Part shown: positions 13,165-22,600 of the stretch, piece after piece
Layout: each line of letters opens with the position of its first letter
Numbering within the stretch: the first letter of the stretch is position 1
Origin: Caldisericota bacterium
Lineage (GTDB): Bacteria; Caldisericota; Caldisericia; UBA6126
Direction: 5' to 3'
DNA length: 42,997 bases
NCBI GenBank assembly: GCA_003566815.1
Contig: PXBT01000090.1
Coordinates: 1 to 42,997, forward strand
Program-made: the position numbers and the translations under genes
The notes under the pieces: generated by a model
Seen by the model: the letters and a program-made list of their open reading frames with translations, nothing else
What the model was told of the DNA's origin: nothing
The model's database searches: none

Positions 13165-15812
13165 AAAAAAAAGACTTGATCAAGCCTAAAGCCATTGCCA
13201 TATCTCACTCATATGCTGATTTTGATGCCATAGCATCTACTATTGCCGCATCAAAATTATATCCTCAAGCTGTTCCTGTATTAAATTACTCCTGTGAAGA
13301 AGAAGTGCAGAGATTTCTCTCCATCTATAAAGACTATTTAAGGCTGACACCTATGCATCAAGTTTCTTTTGAAGAAGTTGAATTAGTTATAATCACTGAT
13401 TTTCAGGATATAAACAGAATAAAACCCCTTGTCTCTGAAAGAAAAAAAAGACCTGTTAAAATTATTGTAATTGATCATCATCCGGAAGAAAAAAAAACAC
13501 CAGGCGTTAATAGAACTCTAAAACCTTATGGAAGCACAACTACTATATTGTATGAACGAATCAAAAGAAAAAAAATTAATTTTTCACCCATTGAAGCCAC
13601 CCTTTTCCTTATAGGTATTTATGAGGACACTGGATCCCTTACTTTTTCATCCACTACCGTAAAAGATATGGAAGCTGCTGCCTTTTTTCTAAAAAATGGA
13701 GCAAAACTTAATATTATTTCTGATTTTGTCTTCCCTCCCATTTCTGATACCCAAAAAGTGCTTTATACACAGCTTTTTTCAGCTCTTCAAGTGCTGGAAA
13801 TCAAAGGGGTTCAAGTGGGCATCTGTGCAGTGGAATCAAAACAATATGTAGAGGGTGTTTCTTTTCTTGCTCATAGGATTCTTGAATCCACCAATGTAGA
13901 TGCCTTGTTTATTTTGGTAAAATTTAAGCATGATATCCTTATCATCGGGCGATCAAGAGACGAGAAAATTGTGCAGATTCACTCGATCATGGAATATTAT
14001 GGAGGGGGGGGTCATCCCCAGGCAGGATCAGCTTTTCTTAAAGATAAAGATATGGATCTCAACCTGCTTTCCATCAATATTCTACGCAATATCAAGCGTC
14101 AAACAAAAGTCAGCAGGCAGGTCAAAGATTTTATGACCACTCCGGTAAAGGTGGTCAATTCTAACACATCTGCGGAGGATACCCTTAAAATTATGCTCAG
14201 ATATGGTCACTCAGGCATACCTGTAGTGGACGGAGAAAGACTGGTGGGAATTATTTCTCGAAGAGATATTGAACGCATGAATGAAGAAAAATTAAAACAG
14301 CGACCTGTGCGTTATTATATGTCAAGAAATCCAGTGATTATTCGACCTGAGAGCTCATTAAGAGAAGCAGAAAATTTGATCGTTGATCGAGATATAGGAA
14401 GACTGCCAGTAGTATCAGAAAAAAAATTGATTGGAATTTTGACCCGGTCTGATTTATTAAGAGCATTGTATGGCATCCAAAAGAGTCAATCCAAAGAAAA
14501 ACTCAACACTTCTCATCCTCCTGATCAAACCGATATAAAGATGCTTATTGAAACCCTTGTGCCAGGTGCTGAGCTTCATCAAATATTAAATATTGCAAAA
14601 ATTGCTGATAAGTTGGGCTACAGTATTTACCTGGTGGGGGGTTGTGTGAGAGATTTGTTTTTAGGAATTGCAAGCAATGATATTGATTTGTTAATTGATG
14701 GAAATGCTTTGCAGGTTGCCAGAAATTATAAATCCAAGCATCCTGAGGCTAAAATTGTCTGCAATAGCAAATTTGGTACCGCCAAAATAATACTCAACGA
14801 AAGCTTGATTTTTGATTTAGCCAGCGCAAGAACAGAATATTATGAGCATCCTGCAGATTTGCCCCAGGTTTCAAGTGGCTCTCTGAGAGAAGATTTATTT
14901 CGAAGAGATTTTACTATCAACACTCTGGCTATTTGCCTGAATCAGGATAATTTTGGTAAACTGGTCAATAACTACAGGGGTTATGAAGATTTAAAACTCA
15001 AAAAAATAAGGGTATTGCACAATTTAAGCTTTATTGAAGATCCGTCTCGAATTTTTAGAGCTATTGCCTATCTATTAAAGTTTAAGTTTTCATGGGACTT
15101 AAAAACAAAAGAATTAGCCATAAATGCTATGGAGTCAGGAATTTTTGAGCGTACATCCCGTTTTCGGATCCTTTCAGAATTTATCAATCTGCTGAAAGAA
15201 CCAATTTCAATATCCAAAGCTTTAGTGCTTCTTAATGAAATACAGGCAATTCAAATGCTATCGTCCAATATTTCGATTCAAAGAAGTCTGTTGAACAATA
15301 TTCGAAAAGCCGAAAACCTCTCCATTCATTTAAAAAGCGGAGAAAGTTGGACCATTTATCTTCTTTTATTAACACTTTCAATTGATGAAGAAGAAATGGA
15401 AGAAATAATGGATCGCCTCAAGTTGAACAAGAAAAAAAAATCATGGATACAACACTTTCGGTCAAATTATCTTCCATTGCTGGAAAAACTTCAAGAGATT
15501 TCTCATTTAAAAAACTCACAAATCTATGAACTACTTCAGCCTTTTCAGGACGAGGAGCTAATAGCTTTAGCCAGCTTAGCTCGTGGCAAACAACGAAAAT
15601 GGATTGAAAAATACTTCTTTCACTTAAAACATTTTACCCTGGATAGCACAGGTAAAGAAATTATGAAATGGAGTGGCTTAAATGGAAAACCACTGGGCAG
15701 GCTCATCAGAAAAATACTGTTAACAAAAATGGACAGCACCATCTTTGACAAAGACAAGGAATACAAACTTGCAGTTCAACAGTCGAAAGGGGATACATCG
15801 AATGAAATATAG
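13161..15812 (+). CDS. cca: DHH-DHHA1 phosphoesterase / tandem CBS / class II tRNA nucleotidyltransferase (CCA- or A-adding, poly(A) polymerase family) fusion protein
   Basis: DHH motifs HSYADFDAIAS and IDHH. DHHA1 GGGGH. Two CBS modules (FMTTPV...GIISRRDI; YMSRNPV...GILTRSDLL). NTase head YLVGGCVRDLFLG..NDIDLLIDG and RRDFTINTLA, then IEDPSRIFRA. The ATG overlaps the fumarase-beta stop (ATGA). Confidence 0.8.
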   Translation: MKKKDLIKPKAIAISHSYADFDAIASTIAASKLYPQAVPVLNYSCEEEVQRFLSIYKDYLRLTPMHQVSFEEVELVIITDFQDINRIKPLVSERKKRPVKIIVIDHHPEEKKTPGVNRTLKPYGSTTTILYERIKRKKINFSPIEATLFLIGIYEDTGSLTFSSTTVKDMEAAAFFLKNGAKLNIISDFVFPPISDTQKVLYTQLFSALQVLEIKGVQVGICAVESKQYVEGVSFLAHRILESTNVDALFILVKFKHDILIIGRSRDEKIVQIHSIMEYYGGGGHPQAGSAFLKDKDMDLNLLSINILRNIKRQTKVSRQVKDFMTTPVKVVNSNTSAEDTLKIMLRYGHSGIPVVDGERLVGIISRRDIERMNEEKLKQRPVRYYMSRNPVIIRPESSLREAENLIVDRDIGRLPVVSEKKLIGILTRSDLLRALYGIQKSQSKEKLNTSHPPDQTDIKMLIETLVPGAELHQILNIAKIADKLGYSIYLVGGCVRDLFLGIASNDIDLLIDGNALQVARNYKSKHPEAKIVCNSKFGTAKIILNESLIFDLASARTEYYEHPADLPQVSSGSLREDLFRRDFTINTLAICLNQDNFGKLVNNYRGYEDLKLKKIRVLHNLSFIEDPSRIFRAIAYLLKFKFSWDLKTKELAINAMESGIFERTSRFRILSEFINLLKEPISISKALVLLNEIQAIQMLSSNISIQRSLLNNIRKAENLSIHLKSGESWTIYLLLLTLSIDEEEMEEIMDRLKLNKKKKSWIQHFRSNYLPLLEKLQEISHLKNSQIYELLQPFQDEELIALASLARGKQRKWIEKYFFHLKHFTLDSTGKEIMKWSGLNGKPLGRLIRKILLTKMDSTIFDKDKEYKLAVQQSKGDTSNEI

Positions 15813-16476
15813 ATTGGCTTTGGATCAAATCCTTTTTTTTATAGCTTTTTCTGTGCTTGCTTATTTTAAGCTTTTTCCTGTTATTTTTAGTGACCCAAAC
15901 CAGTGGATCATTGAAACCCTGTTATCCATTTTCTTTGCTATGATCATTCTTTCCATTCATACTAATGTGCAATGGTTTTTTGCACATCTGGCTGGAGATA
16001 TAAATGTTAAAATTCAACGAAAAATGAAGTGGTTTTCTTTTTCTTTTGTCGATGCAGTGGGTATAATTCCACTCATTTTTTTTCAAATGGGCTGGGGTAG
16101 ATCTATAGATTCTGAAAAAGCTTATAAAGGGTCAAAAAAAGGACAAAGAATATGGATTTTGGCATCAGGTCCTCTGGCAATATTGCTTCTATCTTTTGTG
16201 TTGCAAATAAGTGCCTATGGAATAGAGCATTTTTCTCTAACAATGGCAGCCATTACGGAGCTTTTTGCAAGATTAAGCTTATACTTTGGCATTATTAATT
16301 TTTTACCCATTCCCCCTTTTAATGGATGGTATATTGCAGGCGCTCTGTTTAAGAAAAATATGAAAATTAATGACCATCGAAATTATGGCCTAATGCTCTT
16401 ATTTATTTTATTTTCTTATGATACTTTGCAAAATTTTATACGATGGATAGCTGAGCATTTTTTGTTATTATTTTAA
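15802..16476 (+). CDS. M50 (site-2 protease)-like membrane protein with substituted catalytic residues (predicted pseudoprotease)
   Basis: The layout matches COG1994-type M50 proteins (...A.LAGD..., GWG.., NFLPIPPFNG). However, HExxH is HTNVQ and the LDG aspartate is Asn (FNG). The start at MKY (15802) follows a GGGGA SD and overlaps the upstream gene by 11 nt. Confidence 0.55.
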   Translation: MKYRLALDQILFFIAFSVLAYFKLFPVIFSDPNQWIIETLLSIFFAMIILSIHTNVQWFFAHLAGDINVKIQRKMKWFSFSFVDAVGIIPLIFFQMGWGRSIDSEKAYKGSKKGQRIWILASGPLAILLLSFVLQISAYGIEHFSLTMAAITELFARLSLYFGIINFLPIPPFNGWYIAGALFKKNMKINDHRNYGLMLLFILFSYDTLQNFIRWIAEHFLLLF

Positions 16477-19163
16477 GAATCATTTAAACATGTCCCAAAC
16501 TCATTCAGCAGTATTGCAAGATCATTTTCATCAATTCTTCGATTTTGATTCAGATCAAATCGACTATCATAGCTCTCCCGACAAATTCTATCTGGCATAT
16601 AATGCTTTGAAAATAAAACCAAATCCTGAATATCGACTTTTCGATCCTCATTAAAATCTGAAAGCAAAAAATCCCTTCTTGATATTGTAATCTCAGGAAT
16701 ATACGGATAAACCATCAAATTTCTTCTTCGTTGATCCCTTATTAATGGCCTCGCTGAAAGATCAATAGCACCTATGCCGCTTGCTTGAAAGCGAAGAGTG
16801 GCTACCTTGAATCGTTGATTTTCCATATTGCTTCTCCACCTGCCCTCCCATTCCAGCTTGACAGAATTTCTTCTTATGATTGGCTGCTTATGATCAAAGG
16901 GAAATGGATGTAGCTCAACTTCCAGGTCCTGCATTCTTCTCTCATCGTGACGGATAGTAATTTCAAACTGCTCAACAGGTTTTTCATAAAAATCCCAATA
17001 TAGATGAATTTCAGCTTCTTGTTGGTTGCGTATAGTTCTGTTTGATGAAAGAATGGCATTTGCCCATGGAGTTTCTGAGTGATCAAAAAAACTAAAGGAA
17101 GGCGAAAGAATATCGTCTCTGCTTTCTGCAGATGTAACAAACATTAATGCATACTCTCCGTCAGGGATATAATCCAAATCGGACGCAATGCCATCCCAGT
17201 AAAAACTGTAATAACCCACAGGGGCTCGCTGTATTTCAAAAAGAGGTCTCCTGCTCCATATAGTGCCATGCTTATCGGATAAATAAACTTGCACACTACC
17301 AAAATTAGAGTTAAATTTATCATCCTGGAATGATATCTCATCTCCCGTATTTAATGAAAAAACCACTTGCATTGAGATTTCTGCATCAGCGTCGAGGGCA
17401 TAATGAAAGGAGTTTGCAGAAAGCTGTATATCAGAAACAATTCTTCGTGTAGCTTCAATATTTTCATCTTCCACCGTACTACGATATAAAATAAATGGGA
17501 TATGAAGATCTCCCATCCAAACAACTCCTTCATAGCGACTTCTGAAAATTTGATTGCCCATTTCTTTGGGTGAAATTTGAAGCTGAAATGAACCTTTGGC
17601 ATCTTTTCTCAGTTGCATTCTATTGGGTTCAATCTCGATGTTAAAAGGTAGTTCTTCTCCCTTTTCAACAAATAGTTCTATTTGAGGGCTCAGGGTTAAG
17701 TCTTTAGTAGCATGCACCTGAATATCCCGCGAAAAAGATTTATTAATATTTTCACCAACAATTGCCTGGGGCTTAATAAATGCAGGAGTGTTTAACGCAT
17801 TTTTTACATTTGCCTGTCCTGCGCCTTGCAGTGTGAAGCTCAGTGGAAGCTGGTTGTGAGTATTCATTATTAAATCTGCTGTATTCATCAGTGAAGATTT
17901 GATTTGATTGTGAGTCCATGTAGGATGAAGTTCTTTTATCAGCGCTACTATACCAGCTATAACAGGAGCTGCCATAGAAGTCCCGCTTGCAGGATAATGA
18001 GATCTCCCATATCGCTCGGGTATGGTGGACATGATATCAACCCCAGGAGCTGAAATTTCTGGTTTAAAGGCTGCATCAGGAGTAATGCCCATGGAAGAAA
18101 AATTTGCAATAGTTGGATCTGGGGATCGATCATTGGATGCTGCAACAGCAAAGGCTTCTTTAATAATGGATGGAGTCCCCGCTACCCAGGGTATATCACT
18201 ACTTCTTGAGCCTGAGTTTCCTGAGGCTGCTACTACAAATACGCCTGCCTGGTCTGCAAGATGAATAGCTCGATAATATGCGGTTTCTCCAACAGACTCT
18301 CTCCCTCCTCCTGGTGAACCAAGAGAAAGATTGATCACCTGGCAGCCATCTTTTACAGATTGATCAATTGCTTTGATTATTCTGTCAGAAGAAGCGCCTA
18401 TTTCACTGGCTGAAAAAACTTTATAGCTCATCAAATCAGCATCAAACGCCATACCTCTATCATCATTAGTGAGCCCAAGCCCTGCCGCAATACCTGCGAC
18501 ATGGGTGCCATGCAATTGTGAGTCTGTGTCATGCCTGCCACTGCCTGTATAGCATGCTCCACCCTTGACTTTATCTTTAAATTCAGGATGAGAAGCATCA
18601 ATGCCTGAATCTATAATGCCTATAGTAATTCCTTTTCCGCTTGCTCTTTGGGTTCTGTCTCCAAACCACACATCCCTTACTCCTGTGTTCAGGGCAGCTA
18701 TTCTTCGATATGATCCCCACTGTTCACGAGCGTCAGTAATATACCTGACATAAGAAAGGTCCAGTAATCGCTCAACTTCATTGGAAGGTATGCTTAAGGC
18801 AACTCCATTTAGAACTTCCGTGTAAAAATAGGTATAATTAAAGCTAAAATTTGCCCTGATCAATTGCTGAATCATGAGTTTTTGTTTTCTTTCAAGCTGG
18901 TCCCGATAATGACTCAGGGCCATGTGATAATCACCATGAAAAGGAGTATAATATTGATCAAAACGTTCGGCATAAGCAACCAGGGGCTCATCTTTCCATT
19001 CAAGAATAATTGTAACGCATTCATTCAAACCCTGCAGTTCAATAAGAAACTGTCGATCTATTTTTACTTTTTCGCTTGCATTTAAAGGTCTTTGTCCCGC
19101 AAAAGCGAAAAAAGAAAGTACAAGAAACAGAGTCACCGCTATCCTATAATTCTTCATGAACAA
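16473..19163 (-). CDS. Secreted subtilisin-like serine protease (S8) with I9-like propeptide, Fn3-like and FlgD-Ig-like domains, cohesin-like module and C-terminal dockerin
   Basis: Signal peptide. Catalytic triad IGIIDSGID / HGTHVAGI / SGTSMAAP, with NLSLGS. YYSFYWDGIASDLDYIPDGEY is FlgD-Ig-like. Two dockerin Ca-loops: DFNEDRKVDIQD and DLNQNRRIDEND. Confidence 0.85.
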   Translation of the reverse strand: MFMKNYRIAVTLFLVLSFFAFAGQRPLNASEKVKIDRQFLIELQGLNECVTIILEWKDEPLVAYAERFDQYYTPFHGDYHMALSHYRDQLERKQKLMIQQLIRANFSFNYTYFYTEVLNGVALSIPSNEVERLLDLSYVRYITDAREQWGSYRRIAALNTGVRDVWFGDRTQRASGKGITIGIIDSGIDASHPEFKDKVKGGACYTGSGRHDTDSQLHGTHVAGIAAGLGLTNDDRGMAFDADLMSYKVFSASEIGASSDRIIKAIDQSVKDGCQVINLSLGSPGGGRESVGETAYYRAIHLADQAGVFVVAASGNSGSRSSDIPWVAGTPSIIKEAFAVAASNDRSPDPTIANFSSMGITPDAAFKPEISAPGVDIMSTIPERYGRSHYPASGTSMAAPVIAGIVALIKELHPTWTHNQIKSSLMNTADLIMNTHNQLPLSFTLQGAGQANVKNALNTPAFIKPQAIVGENINKSFSRDIQVHATKDLTLSPQIELFVEKGEELPFNIEIEPNRMQLRKDAKGSFQLQISPKEMGNQIFRSRYEGVVWMGDLHIPFILYRSTVEDENIEATRRIVSDIQLSANSFHYALDADAEISMQVVFSLNTGDEISFQDDKFNSNFGSVQVYLSDKHGTIWSRRPLFEIQRAPVGYYSFYWDGIASDLDYIPDGEYALMFVTSAESRDDILSPSFSFFDHSETPWANAILSSNRTIRNQQEAEIHLYWDFYEKPVEQFEITIRHDERRMQDLEVELHPFPFDHKQPIIRRNSVKLEWEGRWRSNMENQRFKVATLRFQASGIGAIDLSARPLIRDQRRRNLMVYPYIPEITISRRDFLLSDFNEDRKVDIQDLVLFSKHYMPDRICRESYDSRFDLNQNRRIDENDLAILLNEFGTCLNDS

Positions 19164-19181
19164 CCCCCAATAACAAATAAT

Positions 19182-19664
19182 TTACAACTTGTACCCAACA
19201 GTTCGAAGGAAATTTTTCCTTTGTTGCACATCTTCCAGCTCTTCTTTGCCTTTGGGGGCAAATCCATCAATAACACCCAGGACTCCTCTGCCTTGATCAG
19301 TCTGAGCAATAATGACTTCTACTGGATTTGCAGTAGCACAAAAAATATGACATACTTCAGGAACTTGTTTTATAGCATTTAATACCTGAATGGGGAATCC
19401 ATTTTCAATAAAAATGCAAAACACATGTCCTGATGAGATTATTTCAGCATTTTTCTCAGCCAAAGCTTTTAGCTGATCATTGTTTCCAGAAGAACGAATC
19501 AGGCAAGGCCCGGAAGCTTCGCAAAAACTAATCCCGAATTGAAGGACATTGGAAGCCTGGCTTAAAACTTCATGCAAATCTTCCACTGTTTTGATAAAAT
19601 GAGCCTGGCCCAATATCATATTCAACTGATCCGGATTATGTAAAGCTACTTTTTTTATCTCCAT
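19182..19664 (-). CDS. PF04008-type protein ('adenosine-specific kinase' family, function uncertain)
   Basis: GQAHFIKTVEDL...FGISFCEASGPCLIRSSGN...SGHVFCIF...CATANPVEVI...GRGVLGVIDG...LRTVGYKL matches my memory of this small, mostly archaeal family. Confidence 0.65.
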   Translation of the reverse strand: MEIKKVALHNPDQLNMILGQAHFIKTVEDLHEVLSQASNVLQFGISFCEASGPCLIRSSGNNDQLKALAEKNAEIISSGHVFCIFIENGFPIQVLNAIKQVPEVCHIFCATANPVEVIIAQTDQGRGVLGVIDGFAPKGKEELEDVQQRKNFLRTVGYKL

Positions 19665-19696
19665 GCAAAACCTCCTTATGGCTCAGATTGAACTTA

Positions 19697-22600
19697 TCAA
19701 TAAAAACTGCCCATTTCTTCTGCAATGATCATCAAATCCAAAATCCCAACCTTCATATCCTGATTAAAATCACATCGAGGATCATAATTTTCATCACCAT
19801 AACGGCTTCCAAAACTTTTTAAGAATATCTCAAAATCATGACGGTCAACAATTCGATCATTGTTGATGTCAGCATGTAAAAATTGTCGGTTGGTTATGCG
19901 TACGCTGGGATTGGAAGGTCTGACTCTTATATAGTCTCCATTGGATAAAACAACCCTGAAGTTTCTTCCAGTGAAGTTGGCTCTCCCTGTACTTATGGTA
20001 CGAAATGTCAGCACTATGCTCCGTTCATCAAGGAACTCATGAAGCGGCATATCATAAAATTCAATGTTGATCTTCACCCATCCTTCATAATCATCCACAT
20101 CGATGTCAAAAAATAAATCATCCCTGTTGCGAGCTAAAAAACCAGCCAATGTATGTCTGCGATACATGATGCGGGAAGAATCGTAATTCAACTCAAATTC
20201 AATACGCTCAATATTGGCGTCTATGCCTTCATGTTGAGATAAATCCCCAAAATTGATATCCAATTCAAAATCTTCAAATTCTCTATACGTTTTTAATGTT
20301 GAAAAAACAGCATTAGCAGGAGGAGGAACAAGAGAGTCAATGACTTCAAAATTTTGAGTTACACGATAATATTCATCAGGCACCCACTGGTCATTCCTAA
20401 GCACTCTTTTTTCCATTCGGATAACAATTTGAAAATCTCCTTTAGGAAGAAAAAAGCTTCCATATTGATTTCTTCCATTCCATTCAACTACATAAGGTCC
20501 TGGGGAAATATTGTTCAAAGTTGCAATATGTTCCCAATTTTCTCCTTCGCTATCTTCAATGCTAATCTCTACAGCGCCATAATTTCTACCTATATATACA
20601 GTTTCTCCCTGACTGCTTGCTGTAAGAAGCGTTCCAGTATTAAATGTAAAATAAATTGAAATAAATTGATCGTTTACAAGATGGGAATCAGGGGTAAGAT
20701 CCAACTTTTGATTTGACATATAAATACTGGACAAGGGATCATCCACAGTTAAATCATTTTTAAAAAACACCAGAGGAATATGCAACTCATCTCCCAATCG
20801 AATGACTGCTTCATAAATATTACGATTCATTTTATTGCGATCAATCTCAAAAGAAACGGTAAAAGATTCTTCTTTGGAGCCATCAATACTGAGCTGATTG
20901 TTGCAAAAAACAGCTTCAATGGGAGAAGTCTCTCCTTTAAGGAGGAAAAGCTCAAAACTTATTTCAAACTGTTGGCGCGTTGACTTTGCATTGGTAACTG
21001 TAAAGGTGCGATCTTCAATTTGAGCAACTTCATGCAGAATCAAAGCTCTCGGATAAATAAAAGCAGGAGTTTTCACTGCTTTTTCAATTCGCGCAGTGCC
21101 TGCTCCCTGAAGCAGAAAAGTCTTGGGAAGATGATTAAAACGATTAAACGCAATTTCCGCAGTATTCATGAAAGCAGACTTAATTTGATCATGATTCCAT
21201 TCAGGATGAACTTCTTTGAGCAAGGCAGCCAGTCCAGCAACTGAAGGACTTGACATGGATGTTCCTCCCATAGATGCATAGTTACTGCTACCATAAGCAG
21301 ATATAATATCATGCCCGGGAGCTGATATCTCTGGCTTAAAGACTCCATCAGGTGTAGGGCCCATGGAAGAAAAATCAGCCATTATAGTAACATTTTTATA
21401 TTCAATATTTATGGAAGGAAAATATTCAATATTATTTATTAAATAATTGCCATCCTCAAGGGTTAACATAATGGTCGGCACCAAATGGGAAAGTTGATCA
21501 GGAGTTTCTCCCTGGCCCATAAGTCCTGGGACCATAAGCTCTCCTGGGGTATGATTATAAAGCACTACTCCCAAGGCCCCATTTCGAGTGGCATTTTCAA
21601 CTTTTTCTCTAAAAGTTATAGCATTAGGCAAAGGTCCTCTTTTTATTAAAGCAACCTTTCCACGAACGTCATCATCATCAAGGTCAAAATCCTGAACTCT
21701 TCCATAGCCAGCATCCACCAGCCCATTGCTAAACATCTCAGAAGTTAATCTTCGTGTTGGAGGAGCATGGGCACCCAAAATTTTTTTTTCATTTTCCAGG
21801 CCAGGAAAAACAGTCAAAAATACATCTTCAAATCTATCATTGGTAGCGCCTACGGAAAAAGCCTCTTTAACATTTGCCGGAGGACCAGAAGCCCAGGGAA
21901 TTTCAGGTCTGCGTGAACCACTATTGCCTGCAGAAGAGACCACAAACACTCCCGCTTTATTGGCATTCGCTATAGACTTATGATAAGACGTGGTACCTAC
22001 AGCGGGAAACTCATGAATGCTTCCCAAAGAAAGATTAATCACATCACATTTGTCTTCAACCGATCGATCAATAGCCGCTTGAACATCGCTAATCCTTGCT
22101 CCCTGTCGACGAGAAGAAAAAACTTTATAAATCATCAAGCTGGCTTCATATGCCATACCTTTGTGATTTTCGCTTCCATATCCAGCAGCAATTCCAGCCA
22201 CATGCGTCCCATGACCCATGTAGTCGCCAAAATCATTGTTGCCATCAGCAAAATCGTATCCACCCAACACTTTGCGAGGGCGAGTAAAGTCAGGATGTCC
22301 ACGAAAAAGACCAGAATCAATAATGCCAATAAGCTGTCCTCTGCCTGTAGCATTGGGCAAGCTGCCATCATCAAATCCCCTCCATGCTATTTCCGCACCT
22401 GTGGATCTGGACATCCTTTGGCGCATTGGCAGGACTTCATATCGGTCGTCATAGATATAAGATATCTGGCGAAACTGTTCAAGCCTGGGAAGATCAGTGC
22501 CTAAAACTTCACCTGATATAGCATTGATGGTTAAAGATATTTGGTGTCTTGGTATGAATCTGATCCCTTCAGCTGTTATTTTTCTTAAAAAATTTGCTTG

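Noticed and set aside
21980-22504. 174-aa plus-strand ORF. Similar long antisense ORFs occur at 4278-4667, 5443-5766, 6579-6914, 25843-26172, 39977-40312 and 41899-42243.
   Set aside because: All lie entirely inside well-supported genes on the opposite strand. They have low-complexity or Ser/Pro/Cys-rich translations and no SD. They are typical shadow ORFs. The internal repeat in 39977-40312 simply mirrors the duplicated domain on the coding strand.
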